From: a virus
Lineage: Duplodnaviria; Caudoviricetes
Strand: one strand, 5' to 3'
DNA length: 51,935 nucleotides
Virus record (IMG/VR): IMGVR_UViG_3300017705_000711
Span: 1-51,935 of that record
Within the stretch, counting starts at the first letter, position 1; each line of letters begins with the position of its first letter. Made by a program: the position numbers and the translations under genes. Of this stretch, positions 9,859 through 19,754 are shown piece after piece. The notes beneath the pieces were generated by a model. The model saw nothing but the letters and a program-made list of their open reading frames with translations, searched no databases and had not been told where the DNA came from.

Positions 9859-10839
9859 ATGAGTTTAGATAGTTTACTTAATTCTTTTGAAAATGATGAA
9901 AAAAAACAAGTACATCGCGAAGATGTTGGGGAGGAGAGTATTGTATTTATACACGACTCGTACCGTCAAAAGTACGGCAAGACTTACAACTTCGACGATG
10001 AAGAGTATGGTATACTGTCTACCTTACTTGCTAAGACCAATATCCCGCCTGGCTCTTACCAGTTTATACCTGCAATTGGTGGGTTTAATATGCGCGAGGA
10101 TGATGTAACCACGGATATCTTACATGTCCACAGGGAAAGTTTAGAGGAAGACCTTAAAAATATTGAGCCTACTTTAATTATCCCCTTAGGAAACTTAGCG
10201 TTTAAAACCCTTACTAAAAAGTCCGGAGTGTCGTCAAAGAGAGGTAAAGAGTTTCATATAGACATTAACGGAAAGGTCATTCCCGTCGTCCCTACGCTCC
10301 ATCCGTTTTCCTTGTATTCTGAGCCCAAGTTGCGGAGATTGTTCGTCCAGGACGTCGACAACGCGTATGACAAGTTCGTGCTTAATGTAAACAAGTTCGA
10401 CTCCAGCCCATACGAGTTAGTAACTGAGGTAGACAGGTTTGAGGATTTGATTAAGGAGTCTTTAACCTGTGATGCCGTGGCTATAGACATAGAAACCAAT
10501 GGCTTGGATTACAAACTAGGAAAGATTATGACGTTAGGGTTTTCGTTTGGAGAACGCCAAGGGTTCGTCATTCCTATATATCATAGTGAGTCTCAGTTTA
10601 TAGAAAAGGACATAGAACGCATTAAAGGTTTAACCCAAGAACTCATCTCAGATGAGAACGTCGTCAAAATTTTTCATAATTCAAAATTTGATATAAAGTT
10701 TTTGCTTAATTGGGGAATCTCCGACTTTAATAACATAGAGGATACGCAAATTATGCATGCCCTCGTAGATGAGAACTTACCACACTCCTTAATGGACTTG
10801 GTAAAACAATATTTCCCTCATGAATTAGAAAAGTTTTAA
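9859..10839 (+). CDS. Family A DNA polymerase part 1: UDG-like domain plus ExoI/ExoII of the 3'-5' exonuclease
   Basis: IIPLGNLA...VVPTLHP (UDG fold); AIDIETNGLD (ExoI); FHNSKFD (ExoII); DTQIMHALVDE..HSL. Confidence 0.85.
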   Translation: MSLDSLLNSFENDEKKQVHREDVGEESIVFIHDSYRQKYGKTYNFDDEEYGILSTLLAKTNIPPGSYQFIPAIGGFNMREDDVTTDILHVHRESLEEDLKNIEPTLIIPLGNLAFKTLTKKSGVSSKRGKEFHIDINGKVIPVVPTLHPFSLYSEPKLRRLFVQDVDNAYDKFVLNVNKFDSSPYELVTEVDRFEDLIKESLTCDAVAIDIETNGLDYKLGKIMTLGFSFGERQGFVIPIYHSESQFIEKDIERIKGLTQELISDENVVKIFHNSKFDIKFLLNWGISDFNNIEDTQIMHALVDENLPHSLMDLVKQYFPHELEKF

Positions 10840-11312
10840 TGCTAACAGTAACTAACGGAGCGAAGCACGATTGGGGCAGTATGCCTTTGGATGAAATGGC
10901 AATTGGTAATGCTATGGATTGTGATTTTACATTACGATTCTGGCACATCCTACGTAAAGAAATGCGCGAGAAGCAACTGAATCATGTATACGACAATCTC
11001 CTCAAAGACATCGCACTGGAACTCGCAAATGTTGAAAACTTTGGAATCTCTGTGGACACCGAGTACCTAGATGAGTTAGAGGTTAAACTAGAGAAAGAGA
11101 TTGGCATTCTCGAGAAAGAGTTGCAGGAGTTATCACCTATTAAAGAGGTAAACGTCAACTCTAACGTAGATTTACAACGAATTTTATTTACAGAGGACGA
11201 AGGGTTAAACCTTTACCCTGTAACCTTTACCAAGAAAACCAAAAAACCATCAGTGACTGACGCTGACCTCCAATTAATCTTGGAGGAAATAGACAAAACG
11301 CTAGCAGGATGA
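10839..11312 (+). CDS. Family A DNA polymerase part 2: ExoIII plus thumb
   Basis: GNAMDCDFTLRFW (ExoIII-like), LANVENFGISVD, NVNSNVDLQRILF, TKKTKKPSVT. Confidence 0.85.
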   Translation: MLTVTNGAKHDWGSMPLDEMAIGNAMDCDFTLRFWHILRKEMREKQLNHVYDNLLKDIALELANVENFGISVDTEYLDELEVKLEKEIGILEKELQELSPIKEVNVNSNVDLQRILFTEDEGLNLYPVTFTKKTKKPSVTDADLQLILEEIDKTLAG

Positions 11313-12424
11313 AGAAAGAAATATACCAAAAAGTAATCGCTGGGAAGGAAAAAGCAGAACTACAAGAAGCCAAAGAGTTTATTGAAAAGCTTGTTGAGTA
11401 CAAGAAAAAATGTAAGCAACATAAAACATATGTTAAAGGTGTTAAGGAAGCAATTGCGTACAACGAGGAGGACCGCATTTACTCAAGTTATAATTTCTCA
11501 CAAACTGTTACGGGGAGACTTAGTTGCTCTACATATGTGTGCGGTCCAAAGATGAAGAAAGGGGTTTCCTTTCACACGCTACCACGACCTACGGAGGACA
11601 ATGTAAATATTAGACGGCTTATGAAAGCCGACGGGGATAAGGCATTTATCGCTGCGGACTTTTCCCAAGCTGAACTACGGGTTTTGGCGCAATGCTGCAA
11701 AGATAAAAATTTAATTAAGGCATTCACGTCAGGTCAAGACCTCCATAGCTTTACCGCGTCTTTGGTGTTCGGTAAAAAAGTTGAAGACGTCACGAAGGCT
11801 GAGCGACAGATTGCGAAAAGCGTCAGCTTCCTTATCGTATACGGCGGGGGTCCTAACAAGTTGGCACAGCAAATTAATAAACCCGTTTCTTACTGTAAGG
11901 GCATTTTCAAAGCGTATCAAGACTCATTTCCAAATGTGTTTAAATGGATTAGTGTTATACATAAAAGCGTCAAAGAGAACGGTCATGCCGTTAGCCTTTT
12001 CGGCAGGCGCCGTAACCTGCCAAATGTTAATAGCCCTATTAAACGATTCCAGTTTAGGGCTTTGAGGCAAGGTTTAAACTTCGTTATCCAAAGTTCAGCT
12101 TCTGACCTTATGCTACACTCAATCACGCGCCTATGTGAAGACTTAAAGAAGGCGGGGATTGAGTACGATTTACTAGCTACTGTTCACGACTCCGTGGAGT
12201 TGCAATGTGAAATCAAGGATGTAGAGAGGTGTGTTGAGATTATGCGAGAGAGCCTAACCTCTACCTCTGATTTAAAATCCTACTATGGCTTGGATTTTGT
12301 AGTACCTTTTGAGGTGGACATCGAGGTTGGCACTTCTTTCGGAGACGGAATAGAAGTAGATTTTGATTCTGCGGGAGGTTCTCTAAATACAAGTGAAATT
12401 ATAAATTATGTCCAAAACAACTAG
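11309..12424 (+). CDS. polA: Family A DNA polymerase part 3: palm and fingers
   Basis: TVTGRLS; motif A ADFSQAELR; motif B RQIAKSVSFLIVYG; NFVIQSSASD; motif C VHDS. Confidence 0.95.
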   Translation: MKKEIYQKVIAGKEKAELQEAKEFIEKLVEYKKKCKQHKTYVKGVKEAIAYNEEDRIYSSYNFSQTVTGRLSCSTYVCGPKMKKGVSFHTLPRPTEDNVNIRRLMKADGDKAFIAADFSQAELRVLAQCCKDKNLIKAFTSGQDLHSFTASLVFGKKVEDVTKAERQIAKSVSFLIVYGGGPNKLAQQINKPVSYCKGIFKAYQDSFPNVFKWISVIHKSVKENGHAVSLFGRRRNLPNVNSPIKRFQFRALRQGLNFVIQSSASDLMLHSITRLCEDLKKAGIEYDLLATVHDSVELQCEIKDVERCVEIMRESLTSTSDLKSYYGLDFVVPFEVDIEVGTSFGDGIEVDFDSAGGSLNTSEIINYVQNN

Positions 12425-13427
12425 AGCTGTACTCCTTACGGACCTTCATTTACGAAGCGACTATGTTCCTGGGTATCTTGAAGCCCAAATGTCGACTTTA
12501 ATAAAATTAGTTAACCAAAAACCTACTGACGTCGTTATTATTAATGGAGACATCTTCCACAAGAGAAATCCACGTGGAGCCGAATTGCTTGCATTCCGTA
12601 CGCTTTTAGAGAGTTTTAAATGCTCAAAAATCTACATTAACAGGGGAAACCACGATACAGTAGCCAAAGACGGGTCTACCAACACTACGTTATCTCTGTA
12701 CGGTGATATCGCTACTGTTTTTTCAGAAGTAGGTTCTGCACATATTGGAGGGGTCGATTTTGATTTCATTCCCCATTTCGAAGATGAACGTCAAATTGTA
12801 CGTGCGGTCAAGTCCTCAAAAAACCACCTTTTTGGGCATTTTGGTTTTGATGGTTGTGTAGCTAATGGCAATTATAAGTATGATTCCTACCTTAAACGGT
12901 CTCATTTTCCTAAAGGTAAATTATCCTTTTTGGGGCACATACACAAACCACAACAACATAAAAACCTCTACATCCTAGGGACACAATATTCTACATCGTA
13001 CGGGGAAGCCAATGCCCAGAAGTACATTCATGAATTAATAATAAGGGACGGTAAAGTAGATGTCGTTAAAAAGCCAATTGATTTCGGCATCCGGCATATC
13101 GTTTCTCGAATTGATGAGCTTCCACTAATGGCGAGCAGGTTTAGGTTTGATAGTTTTTTTACTATTTTAAGATTAAAGCTAGATTATTTGGATTCCTCTA
13201 CAGAGCAAGCACTCCGTGATGATGTTTTAGAGAAGTACCCTTTAAACCATTTAGAGTTTGCCTTTGACGATATCCTCCCAAAGTTTGATTCACAATACAC
13301 GCCTTCTGGGGACGTATTTCGTATAGACGATGATATTATTTCGAAGTACTTAAATGAAGCTGATACGGTGTTTAGCCATAAAGAGCTTAGAGGTGCACTA
13401 GAGGAGATTAGAAATCATGAAAATTAA
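12408..13427 (+). CDS. gp47: Mre11/SbcD-like recombination nuclease (gp47)
   Basis: DLH, GDIFH, GNHD, GH, GHIH metallophosphoesterase motifs; next to Rad50-like gene. Confidence 0.9.
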   Translation: MSKTTRAVLLTDLHLRSDYVPGYLEAQMSTLIKLVNQKPTDVVIINGDIFHKRNPRGAELLAFRTLLESFKCSKIYINRGNHDTVAKDGSTNTTLSLYGDIATVFSEVGSAHIGGVDFDFIPHFEDERQIVRAVKSSKNHLFGHFGFDGCVANGNYKYDSYLKRSHFPKGKLSFLGHIHKPQQHKNLYILGTQYSTSYGEANAQKYIHELIIRDGKVDVVKKPIDFGIRHIVSRIDELPLMASRFRFDSFFTILRLKLDYLDSSTEQALRDDVLEKYPLNHLEFAFDDILPKFDSQYTPSGDVFRIDDDIISKYLNEADTVFSHKELRGALEEIRNHEN

Positions 13428-15024
13428 TAAGATTAGAATAAAAAACTTTTTATCGATTAAAGATGCGGAGATTGATTTTGAATCCTATAGCAATATTGTC
13501 CGTATCATAGGTATTAACAAAGACACCAAACCCAACAGTTCTAATGGGGCAGGGAAAAGCTCTGTGATAGAAGCTATAGTCTTTTCACTGTTTGGGAAAA
13601 CTATACGAAAGACTACAGATAAAAGTTTAAAAAACCACTACACGAAAGGGAAATGTGAGGTTGAGATTGTCGTAAACGACAACATTACTATCAACCGGGT
13701 TAAAAAACCGCCAATGCTTACTGTATCTGTGGACGGGGAAAACGTAACTCAAGATTCAATACAAGCCACCCAGAAGTACCTTGATAAGATTTTAAACACA
13801 AACTTTTCGGTATTTCTTGCTTCAATGGTGTTTGGGCAATCAAACAAAATGAACTTCCTTACTGCTTCCGCGGAAGAAAAGAGAAATATTATCCAAAGCT
13901 TTTTGGACATTGGGGATGTATTCCAGTACCGAAAGGCTATCAAATCGAAAAAGGCTAAGGCATATTCTAATAAGAAGATTGCAGAGACGTTATGTTCTGA
14001 AGTGTTGTCCAAGAAAGAAAAGCTCGAAAAACAAATCAAAGAATCAAAAACAAACAAAAAGGCAGCAAAGGTTTTGATGGACTCGAAAGTTGCTAAAGAG
14101 TTTATAAAACATACCATTTCAGAACTACAAGAAAACGAACAATTAAGATACGCCGCAGGTGTAGAGTATGAGTCCGCAAGCCATTCATTAAGCAGGACAA
14201 CAACGCGTATGTTTGAAGTTCGCGAAAAGTTAAAAAGTTTTAAAATTTCCGAATGTGAGTTTTGTGGGGAAGCTCCAACAAAAGAAAGAAGTTTAATCTC
14301 TGGATGGCAAACAGAGCTATCTCTTTTAGGGGAGGAGCTCATATCAAAACAAGGATTCATTAAAAAGCAAGGACAATTGCTCGAGAACTTTGGTCCTGTT
14401 ATATCCCCTGAGGACTTCGATTTGTTTGAGAAATATAAAACATTCGATACCGAGTATAAAATATTAACAGCCCAAAGGCGCGAACATACCAAGTTTTTAA
14501 AGAAGCATCAGAAGCAAGTGGAGATATCCCAAAGATATTATGACATGATGAGGTTTTGGGAGCAAGCATTTTCTGAACAAGGGCTTATAAGGTTCGTTAT
14601 TAGAAACATTCTTTCGTTTTTTAATGACCGAGTAAATTACTATCTCAAGTTTTTAAGTTCTTCAAATTTTTCTGTAACTTTTGATGAAACTTTGAAGGAA
14701 AAAATCTATAATAAAGGGACCCTAACTTTCTTCGATGCTCTCTCCGGAGGGGAAAAAAGGAAAATTTCTGTAGCCATCATGTTAGGTCTTAACGACTTAC
14801 TATTATTGTCGGGCAAAGAGAGGTCTAACCTTATCTTTTTTGATGAGGTTGCCGATTCTCTAGACGAAGGTGGTGTGAAGGGTTTATACGAGTTAGTTAT
14901 GGATATTTCAAACACTAAAAAAGTGTTCGTTATAACCCATAACGACTATCTAACATCGCTACTTGAAGACGAGTCTGAAAATCTTCATGTAACCAAAAAA
15001 GCAAACATAACCACAATAAAATGA
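13417..15024 (+). CDS. gp46: Rad50/SbcC-like ATPase (gp46)
   Basis: NGAGKSS Walker A, CEFCG zinc hook, LSGGE signature, FFDEVADSLD, ITH. Confidence 0.93.
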   Translation: MKINKIRIKNFLSIKDAEIDFESYSNIVRIIGINKDTKPNSSNGAGKSSVIEAIVFSLFGKTIRKTTDKSLKNHYTKGKCEVEIVVNDNITINRVKKPPMLTVSVDGENVTQDSIQATQKYLDKILNTNFSVFLASMVFGQSNKMNFLTASAEEKRNIIQSFLDIGDVFQYRKAIKSKKAKAYSNKKIAETLCSEVLSKKEKLEKQIKESKTNKKAAKVLMDSKVAKEFIKHTISELQENEQLRYAAGVEYESASHSLSRTTTRMFEVREKLKSFKISECEFCGEAPTKERSLISGWQTELSLLGEELISKQGFIKKQGQLLENFGPVISPEDFDLFEKYKTFDTEYKILTAQRREHTKFLKKHQKQVEISQRYYDMMRFWEQAFSEQGLIRFVIRNILSFFNDRVNYYLKFLSSSNFSVTFDETLKEKIYNKGTLTFFDALSGGEKRKISVAIMLGLNDLLLLSGKERSNLIFFDEVADSLDEGGVKGLYELVMDISNTKKVFVITHNDYLTSLLEDESENLHVTKKANITTIK

Positions 15025-15326
15025 CACAAGAACAATTTAATTTAGAACCCATCGGAACCAATTTAGTGGTTCGTAGGGCTACCGTAGAGCTCACTTCAGA
15101 CTCAGGGATTATTATGCCTGATTCCGTAACTTCCCAAAAACTAAATGAGGGTGTTGTAATGGCGGTAGGAAAAGGCTCCCGCGATTCTAATGGAAATAGA
15201 GTCCCTTGTGACGTGGAAGTTGGAGATGAGATTTTGTGGGGGGATTACACCGGCAACGATATTGTCCGAGGTGAGGAAACTTTCTGTATTTTAGGCGAAG
15301 CTGACATTTTGGTCATTTTACGATAA
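15021..15326 (+). CDS. groES: Co-chaperonin GroES
   Basis: EPIG..LVVRR, SGIIMPD, GVVMAVGKG, VEVGDEIL..Y.G, EADIL. Confidence 0.92.
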   Translation: MTQEQFNLEPIGTNLVVRRATVELTSDSGIIMPDSVTSQKLNEGVVMAVGKGSRDSNGNRVPCDVEVGDEILWGDYTGNDIVRGEETFCILGEADILVILR

Positions 15327-17230
15327 TGGGGTTCGTCATTCCTGAAAACTCCTTAGGGGAGACTATCTTCATGGATAAGTACGCTTATCCAGGCGAGAAT
15401 TCGTGGAAAGAGCTGTCCAAGCGTGTCGCTAAAGCAGCAGCCGACCCTGAGTTCCCTGACAAAAGAGAAAAGACCGAAGCAAAGTTTTTTGAGGCTATCA
15501 ACTCAGGGGACTTCTGCCCAGGAGGTCGTATTTTGTTTGGCTCAGGGAGAAGTAAGCAAAACATGTTAAATTGTTATGTTTTAGACCCTGAGGATTCTGT
15601 CGACAGTATTGGTAAAGTAATCTCAGACATGTATAAGATTTCTTGTGGAGGAGGAGGGATTGGGTTTAATTTCTCTAAGATTCGCCCAAAAGGAGACAAC
15701 ATCCAAAACATTAAAAACTCAGCGCCTGGGTCTATTAGTGTGATGCGTATGATTAACGAGATTGGCAACCACGTGCGCGCCGGAAAAAATCGTCGTACCG
15801 CGCTCATGTCTATTCTAGATATAACTCACCCGGACTTCCTAGAGTTTCTCCACGTTAAATTAGATAGAAACGAGTTAACCAACTTTAACATTTCGGTAGC
15901 TATCACCAAACGCTTTACCGAAGCTGTTGAAAAAGACGAAGAGTGGCACTTTACGTTTGGGGGCAGACAAAACAAATACTATGTTTATCAAGTTGAACGC
16001 ACCTCTGAGGAGGGCAACGACACCGTTGAGGTTGTGGCTAAAGATGAGGAGGACGCTTTAAGTAGAGCCCGCCTTCATCACCTAAAACACTACTCGGATA
16101 CTTTTAATACGGCAACGAAGAAAGAAATCCGAGCCCGAGAACTCTGGGAACGTATTATCGATAATGCTATCGAATCTGGGGAACCGGGAATTTTTAATAT
16201 TGATTTCGCTAACGAATACACTAATGTTTCTTATTTTGAACACATGCCTTCTACTAATCCATGCGGTGAGGAAGTTCTTCCTGCCTTCGGCAATTGTTGT
16301 TTGGGTCACGTTAATCTTGCTAACATGGTTGACCTTGAGGGTAACATCGATTGGCGTAGAATGGCTCGTACTGTCCGCACGGGCGTGCGGTTCTTGGACA
16401 ATATCCTTACTACGAATCATTTCCCCATTCCCGAATGCGAAGAAGCAGGGATGCGCTCAAGACGAATTGGACTGGGGATTACGGGATTACACTACTTCCT
16501 TATTAAAGCCGGATACCGATATGGCTCAGAGTCATGTTTGGAGTTCTTGGAACGGCTATTCGCTACAATAAGAAACGAAGCCTTTAAGGCGTCCATGTAC
16601 CTTGCTAGGGAGAAGGGAAGCTTCTCCGCTTACGACTGGAATAAGTTAAAAGACGAAAAGTATTTTAAAACTCTCCCATCCCGCATAAGGTCGGATATTA
16701 AAAAGATGGGGTTGCGCAATGCCGTACTACTTACGGTTGCCCCCACGGGAACTATTAGTATGGTATTAGGGGTTTCAACAGGTCTCGAGCCCATCTTTGC
16801 CCCAGTATACAAACGTCGCTGGCGTACAGGAACGGATGGTGTTTGGAACGAGACTGTCGTTATAGACCCTCTATTTAAACAGCTGTATCTCCGAGGTCGT
16901 GACGTCTCGCATTGTGTTGGCGCATACGATGTTACCCCTGAGGAACATATTAAAGTCCAAGCAGTGGTACAGTCGTACATTGATTCGGCTGTTTCTAAAA
17001 CGTGCAACCTCCCACCGGAATTCCAACCCTCTAGCCTTTACGATGACCTTCTGATGTACGCAAACGACATGAAAGGATTTACTTTTTATAGGGCAGGCTC
17101 AAGAGGTAACGAACCCCTTGAAGCAGTCAACCACGAAGAATTAAATTTAGACACTCTTATATCAGAAGGAAAATTAGAAGAGCAAGCTCAGTCTATTGAA
17201 ACCTGCGTAAACGGGGTATGTGAGCTGTAA
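15326..17230 (+). CDS. nrdJ: Ribonucleotide reductase, probably class II (B12-dependent)
   Basis: PGGRIL, NCYV, GGGIG.NFS, TNPCGE, CCLG.VNL, APTGTIS, C-terminal CVNGVC; no small subunit in window. Confidence 0.88.
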   Translation: MGFVIPENSLGETIFMDKYAYPGENSWKELSKRVAKAAADPEFPDKREKTEAKFFEAINSGDFCPGGRILFGSGRSKQNMLNCYVLDPEDSVDSIGKVISDMYKISCGGGGIGFNFSKIRPKGDNIQNIKNSAPGSISVMRMINEIGNHVRAGKNRRTALMSILDITHPDFLEFLHVKLDRNELTNFNISVAITKRFTEAVEKDEEWHFTFGGRQNKYYVYQVERTSEEGNDTVEVVAKDEEDALSRARLHHLKHYSDTFNTATKKEIRARELWERIIDNAIESGEPGIFNIDFANEYTNVSYFEHMPSTNPCGEEVLPAFGNCCLGHVNLANMVDLEGNIDWRRMARTVRTGVRFLDNILTTNHFPIPECEEAGMRSRRIGLGITGLHYFLIKAGYRYGSESCLEFLERLFATIRNEAFKASMYLAREKGSFSAYDWNKLKDEKYFKTLPSRIRSDIKKMGLRNAVLLTVAPTGTISMVLGVSTGLEPIFAPVYKRRWRTGTDGVWNETVVIDPLFKQLYLRGRDVSHCVGAYDVTPEEHIKVQAVVQSYIDSAVSKTCNLPPEFQPSSLYDDLLMYANDMKGFTFYRAGSRGNEPLEAVNHEELNLDTLISEGKLEEQAQSIETCVNGVCEL

Positions 17231-17700
17231 TGCCTACGTACGTGTATTTTTGTGAGAAGTGCGATAAAAACTTCGACGACCTATGTACTTATGAGCAAAG
17301 TAAGGAGGATAAATCCTGCCCTAACTGCGAAACTGAGAAGTGTGAACGCACCTATGATTTAAGCAAGAGTGACTCTAAATCAGGAGTCGTTGTACACAGC
17401 ACAGGGCAGATGAACTACTATGATGTTACCAGCAGGAAAGCCCAAGAGAAAGAGTGGATGGAGAGTGAAGTTAAAAATACTAAACAAGCTCTTAAATACG
17501 AAACCGGAGCCTCTCCGTACTCTCGTGTAAAAATCCCATATGAAAAATTAGAAAAGGAAGGTGTTTTGAAAAAAGCATCTGAAGATAACAAACGACTAAG
17601 AGTTAAAGGCGCGCAACATGTAGTTAATGAAGCCGCTAAAAACATGAGCAAAGAAGATGCAGACAGAACAATCAAAGGAAACCGTAACGATGCAGGTTAA
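17230..17700 (+). CDS. FmdB-family zinc-ribbon protein
   Basis: MPTYVYFCEKC...CPNC. Confidence 0.8.
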   Translation: MPTYVYFCEKCDKNFDDLCTYEQSKEDKSCPNCETEKCERTYDLSKSDSKSGVVVHSTGQMNYYDVTSRKAQEKEWMESEVKNTKQALKYETGASPYSRVKIPYEKLEKEGVLKKASEDNKRLRVKGAQHVVNEAAKNMSKEDADRTIKGNRNDAG

Positions 17701-18136
17701 AATTTTAAATAAAAGTGACAACCCTACTCCTGAGTATAAAAGCGAGGGAGCAGCAGGGTTTGATATTTCAATCAATGAAGAAGTGAATTTAACAGCCAGG
17801 GAAGCAAAACTGGTTGGTACTGGGCTGTATGTAATTATACCTAAGGGGTATGAAGGGCAGTTAAGGCTAAGAAGTTCTATGTACAAAACAAACATCATTA
17901 TGCCTAATGCCCCCGGCACTATAGACAGTGACTATAGAGGGGAGGTTAAAATCGCCCTTTTAAATACTAACCCTTATTGCTCCCGTAAAATTGAAAAAGG
18001 AGAAAGAGTTGCGCAAATGGTGATTAATAAGATTCCCGAGGTAGGCATAGAAGAAATTTCCGAAAAGGAGTTCAAAATGCCCCAAAATTTTACTATAAGA
18101 AATAGTAAAGGTTTTGGTTCTACAGGAAAAAATTAA
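17690..18136 (+). CDS. dut: Trimeric dUTPase
   Basis: AAGFDI, RSS, GTIDSDYRGE, GERVAQ, R..KGFGSTG. Confidence 0.96.
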   Translation: MQVKILNKSDNPTPEYKSEGAAGFDISINEEVNLTAREAKLVGTGLYVIIPKGYEGQLRLRSSMYKTNIIMPNAPGTIDSDYRGEVKIALLNTNPYCSRKIEKGERVAQMVINKIPEVGIEEISEKEFKMPQNFTIRNSKGFGSTGKN

Positions 18137-19413
18137 TGACATACTCATTTTCAGACAATATCCAGCGAGGGATAATCTATCTCGCAAAAAGCAACATTGA
18201 ATTTTTAGTACAGTGTGACCCTATTGTAAAAGGTACGTACTTCGAGTTCCCCCAACATCAACGTATGTGGGGAGTTCTTACCAACTACTACAAAACGTAC
18301 GGAACTCTCCCGACGGATGAGGCTATCTTAGAAGAAATTCGTCAGGTTAAAAACCAAAATGAGCTGATGTCCGATTATAAGGAAGAGCTGTCTAATATTA
18401 ACACGCTAGACGAAAGCTCCATCGATAATAGTCAGTATTACTTAGATAAAGCAGAGGAGTTTGCGCGAGAACAATCTTTAAAAGAAGCCATTCTTGAGTC
18501 TGTGGATTTTATAAAGAATAAACAATTTTCCAAAGTTGAAGATTCGATTAAGTCCGCTTTGTCTGTTTCTCGTAATGTAGACCTGGGGGTTGATTACTTT
18601 CTAGGTATTGGTGATAGATGGGCAAAACTTAAGGACCAAAAATTGGTACCTAAGTATAAAACCCCTTTCGACGCTATTAACACCTCCCTTGAGGGAGGAT
18701 TGTGTGGCAAAGAGCTGGCTATGGTAGTTGCACCTCCTGGCGTAGGCAAATCCCTGTTTCTAGCTAATCAGGCGGTAACGTCAGTTATTGACGGGCACGA
18801 CGTGTTGTACATTTCGTTAGAGATGTCCGAGGACAGAGTAGCTCAACGCCTAGACAGTATTTTTACTCGCATCAAACAAAAAGAATTGCCAAACAGAGTA
18901 CCCGATGTGGAATCCCGTATTGGGCAGATATCTAAAGCAACAAAGCTGGGGAGGTTAAGAATTAAAGAGTTCCCAACCAAAAGAGCGAGCGTCACACAGC
19001 TTAGAGCTTTTATTAATCAGCTCCAAAGCCACGAGGATTTTCATCCAAGTGTTGTGATTATCGATTACTTAGAGCTTATGTCTAGCGATACCAACAGTCC
19101 GGAGTACCAAAACCAAGAACGACAAGCACAAGAGCTTCGGGGGTTGGCAATTGAACTGAACTGTTTGGTGTGGACTGCCACCCAAACAAACAGAGAAGGT
19201 AAACGTGTTAAAATTATTACAGACGCTGAACTCGCAGATTCGTACGGAAAGACGAGAGTTTGTGATTTAGTTTTTTCTGTAAACCAAACTGAGGAGGAAT
19301 TCGATGAAGGATTAGCGCGCTTGTTTATTATTAAATCAAGAAATGGAAAAGCACGATTCATTATCCCTGCAAAAATAAACTACTCAACCTTAGTATTATC
19401 GGAGGGAGCATGA
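18136..19413 (+). CDS. gp41: Replicative DnaB-like helicase (gp41)
   Basis: APPGVGKS, ISLEMSE, IKEFPT, IIDY, WTATQTNR, KSRNG. Confidence 0.93.
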   Translation: MTYSFSDNIQRGIIYLAKSNIEFLVQCDPIVKGTYFEFPQHQRMWGVLTNYYKTYGTLPTDEAILEEIRQVKNQNELMSDYKEELSNINTLDESSIDNSQYYLDKAEEFAREQSLKEAILESVDFIKNKQFSKVEDSIKSALSVSRNVDLGVDYFLGIGDRWAKLKDQKLVPKYKTPFDAINTSLEGGLCGKELAMVVAPPGVGKSLFLANQAVTSVIDGHDVLYISLEMSEDRVAQRLDSIFTRIKQKELPNRVPDVESRIGQISKATKLGRLRIKEFPTKRASVTQLRAFINQLQSHEDFHPSVVIIDYLELMSSDTNSPEYQNQERQAQELRGLAIELNCLVWTATQTNREGKRVKIITDAELADSYGKTRVCDLVFSVNQTEEEFDEGLARLFIIKSRNGKARFIIPAKINYSTLVLSEGA

Positions 19414-19754
19414 CACCAAAAAAAGAATTATATAAACACCCTTTAACTGTTTACACGGGAATTAAAACATTTACTATCGCCCAGAAGTCTTTAGCTAAAG
19501 ACAGTCTGTATGGTTGTGTAGAATTCCCAAAAGCATTACTCACTATCGACCCAAACCAAAGTATTGAAGATTATAAAAGCACTTTGCTTCATGAAATTTG
19601 CCACATTGGTTATGAAATGTTCGGGCTTAACGACGACGATGAGATGCCTACGATAGGTAATGAGTACCTAACCACAGTAACCTCTAATATGATTTTTCAA
19701 TTAGCAGGATTAAACCCGGAATTATTCCAATACATTTTTAAAAGCAATGAGTGA
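19410..19754 (+). CDS. Small HEXXH metallopeptidase-like protein
   Basis: STLLHEICH followed by a downstream E. Confidence 0.6.
   Translation: MTPKKELYKHPLTVYTGIKTFTIAQKSLAKDSLYGCVEFPKALLTIDPNQSIEDYKSTLLHEICHIGYEMFGLNDDDEMPTIGNEYLTTVTSNMIFQLAGLNPELFQYIFKSNE

Noticed and set aside
10830-11320. Introns or inteins explaining the polymerase breaks
   Set aside because: Pieces abut with 1-4 nt overlaps, leaving no intervening sequence; no intein terminal motifs
11309-12424. Z-DNA (DpoZ) or uracil-DNA polymerase
   Set aside because: Motif B is slightly atypical (SFLIVYG) but no purZ is in the window and an intact dUTPase argues against dU-DNA
13749-14492. 247-aa minus-strand ORF and the many other antisense ORFs in the track (e.g. 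34071-34538, 36726-37214, 31571-32029)
   Set aside because: Shadows of well-supported genes; no motifs, promoters or SD
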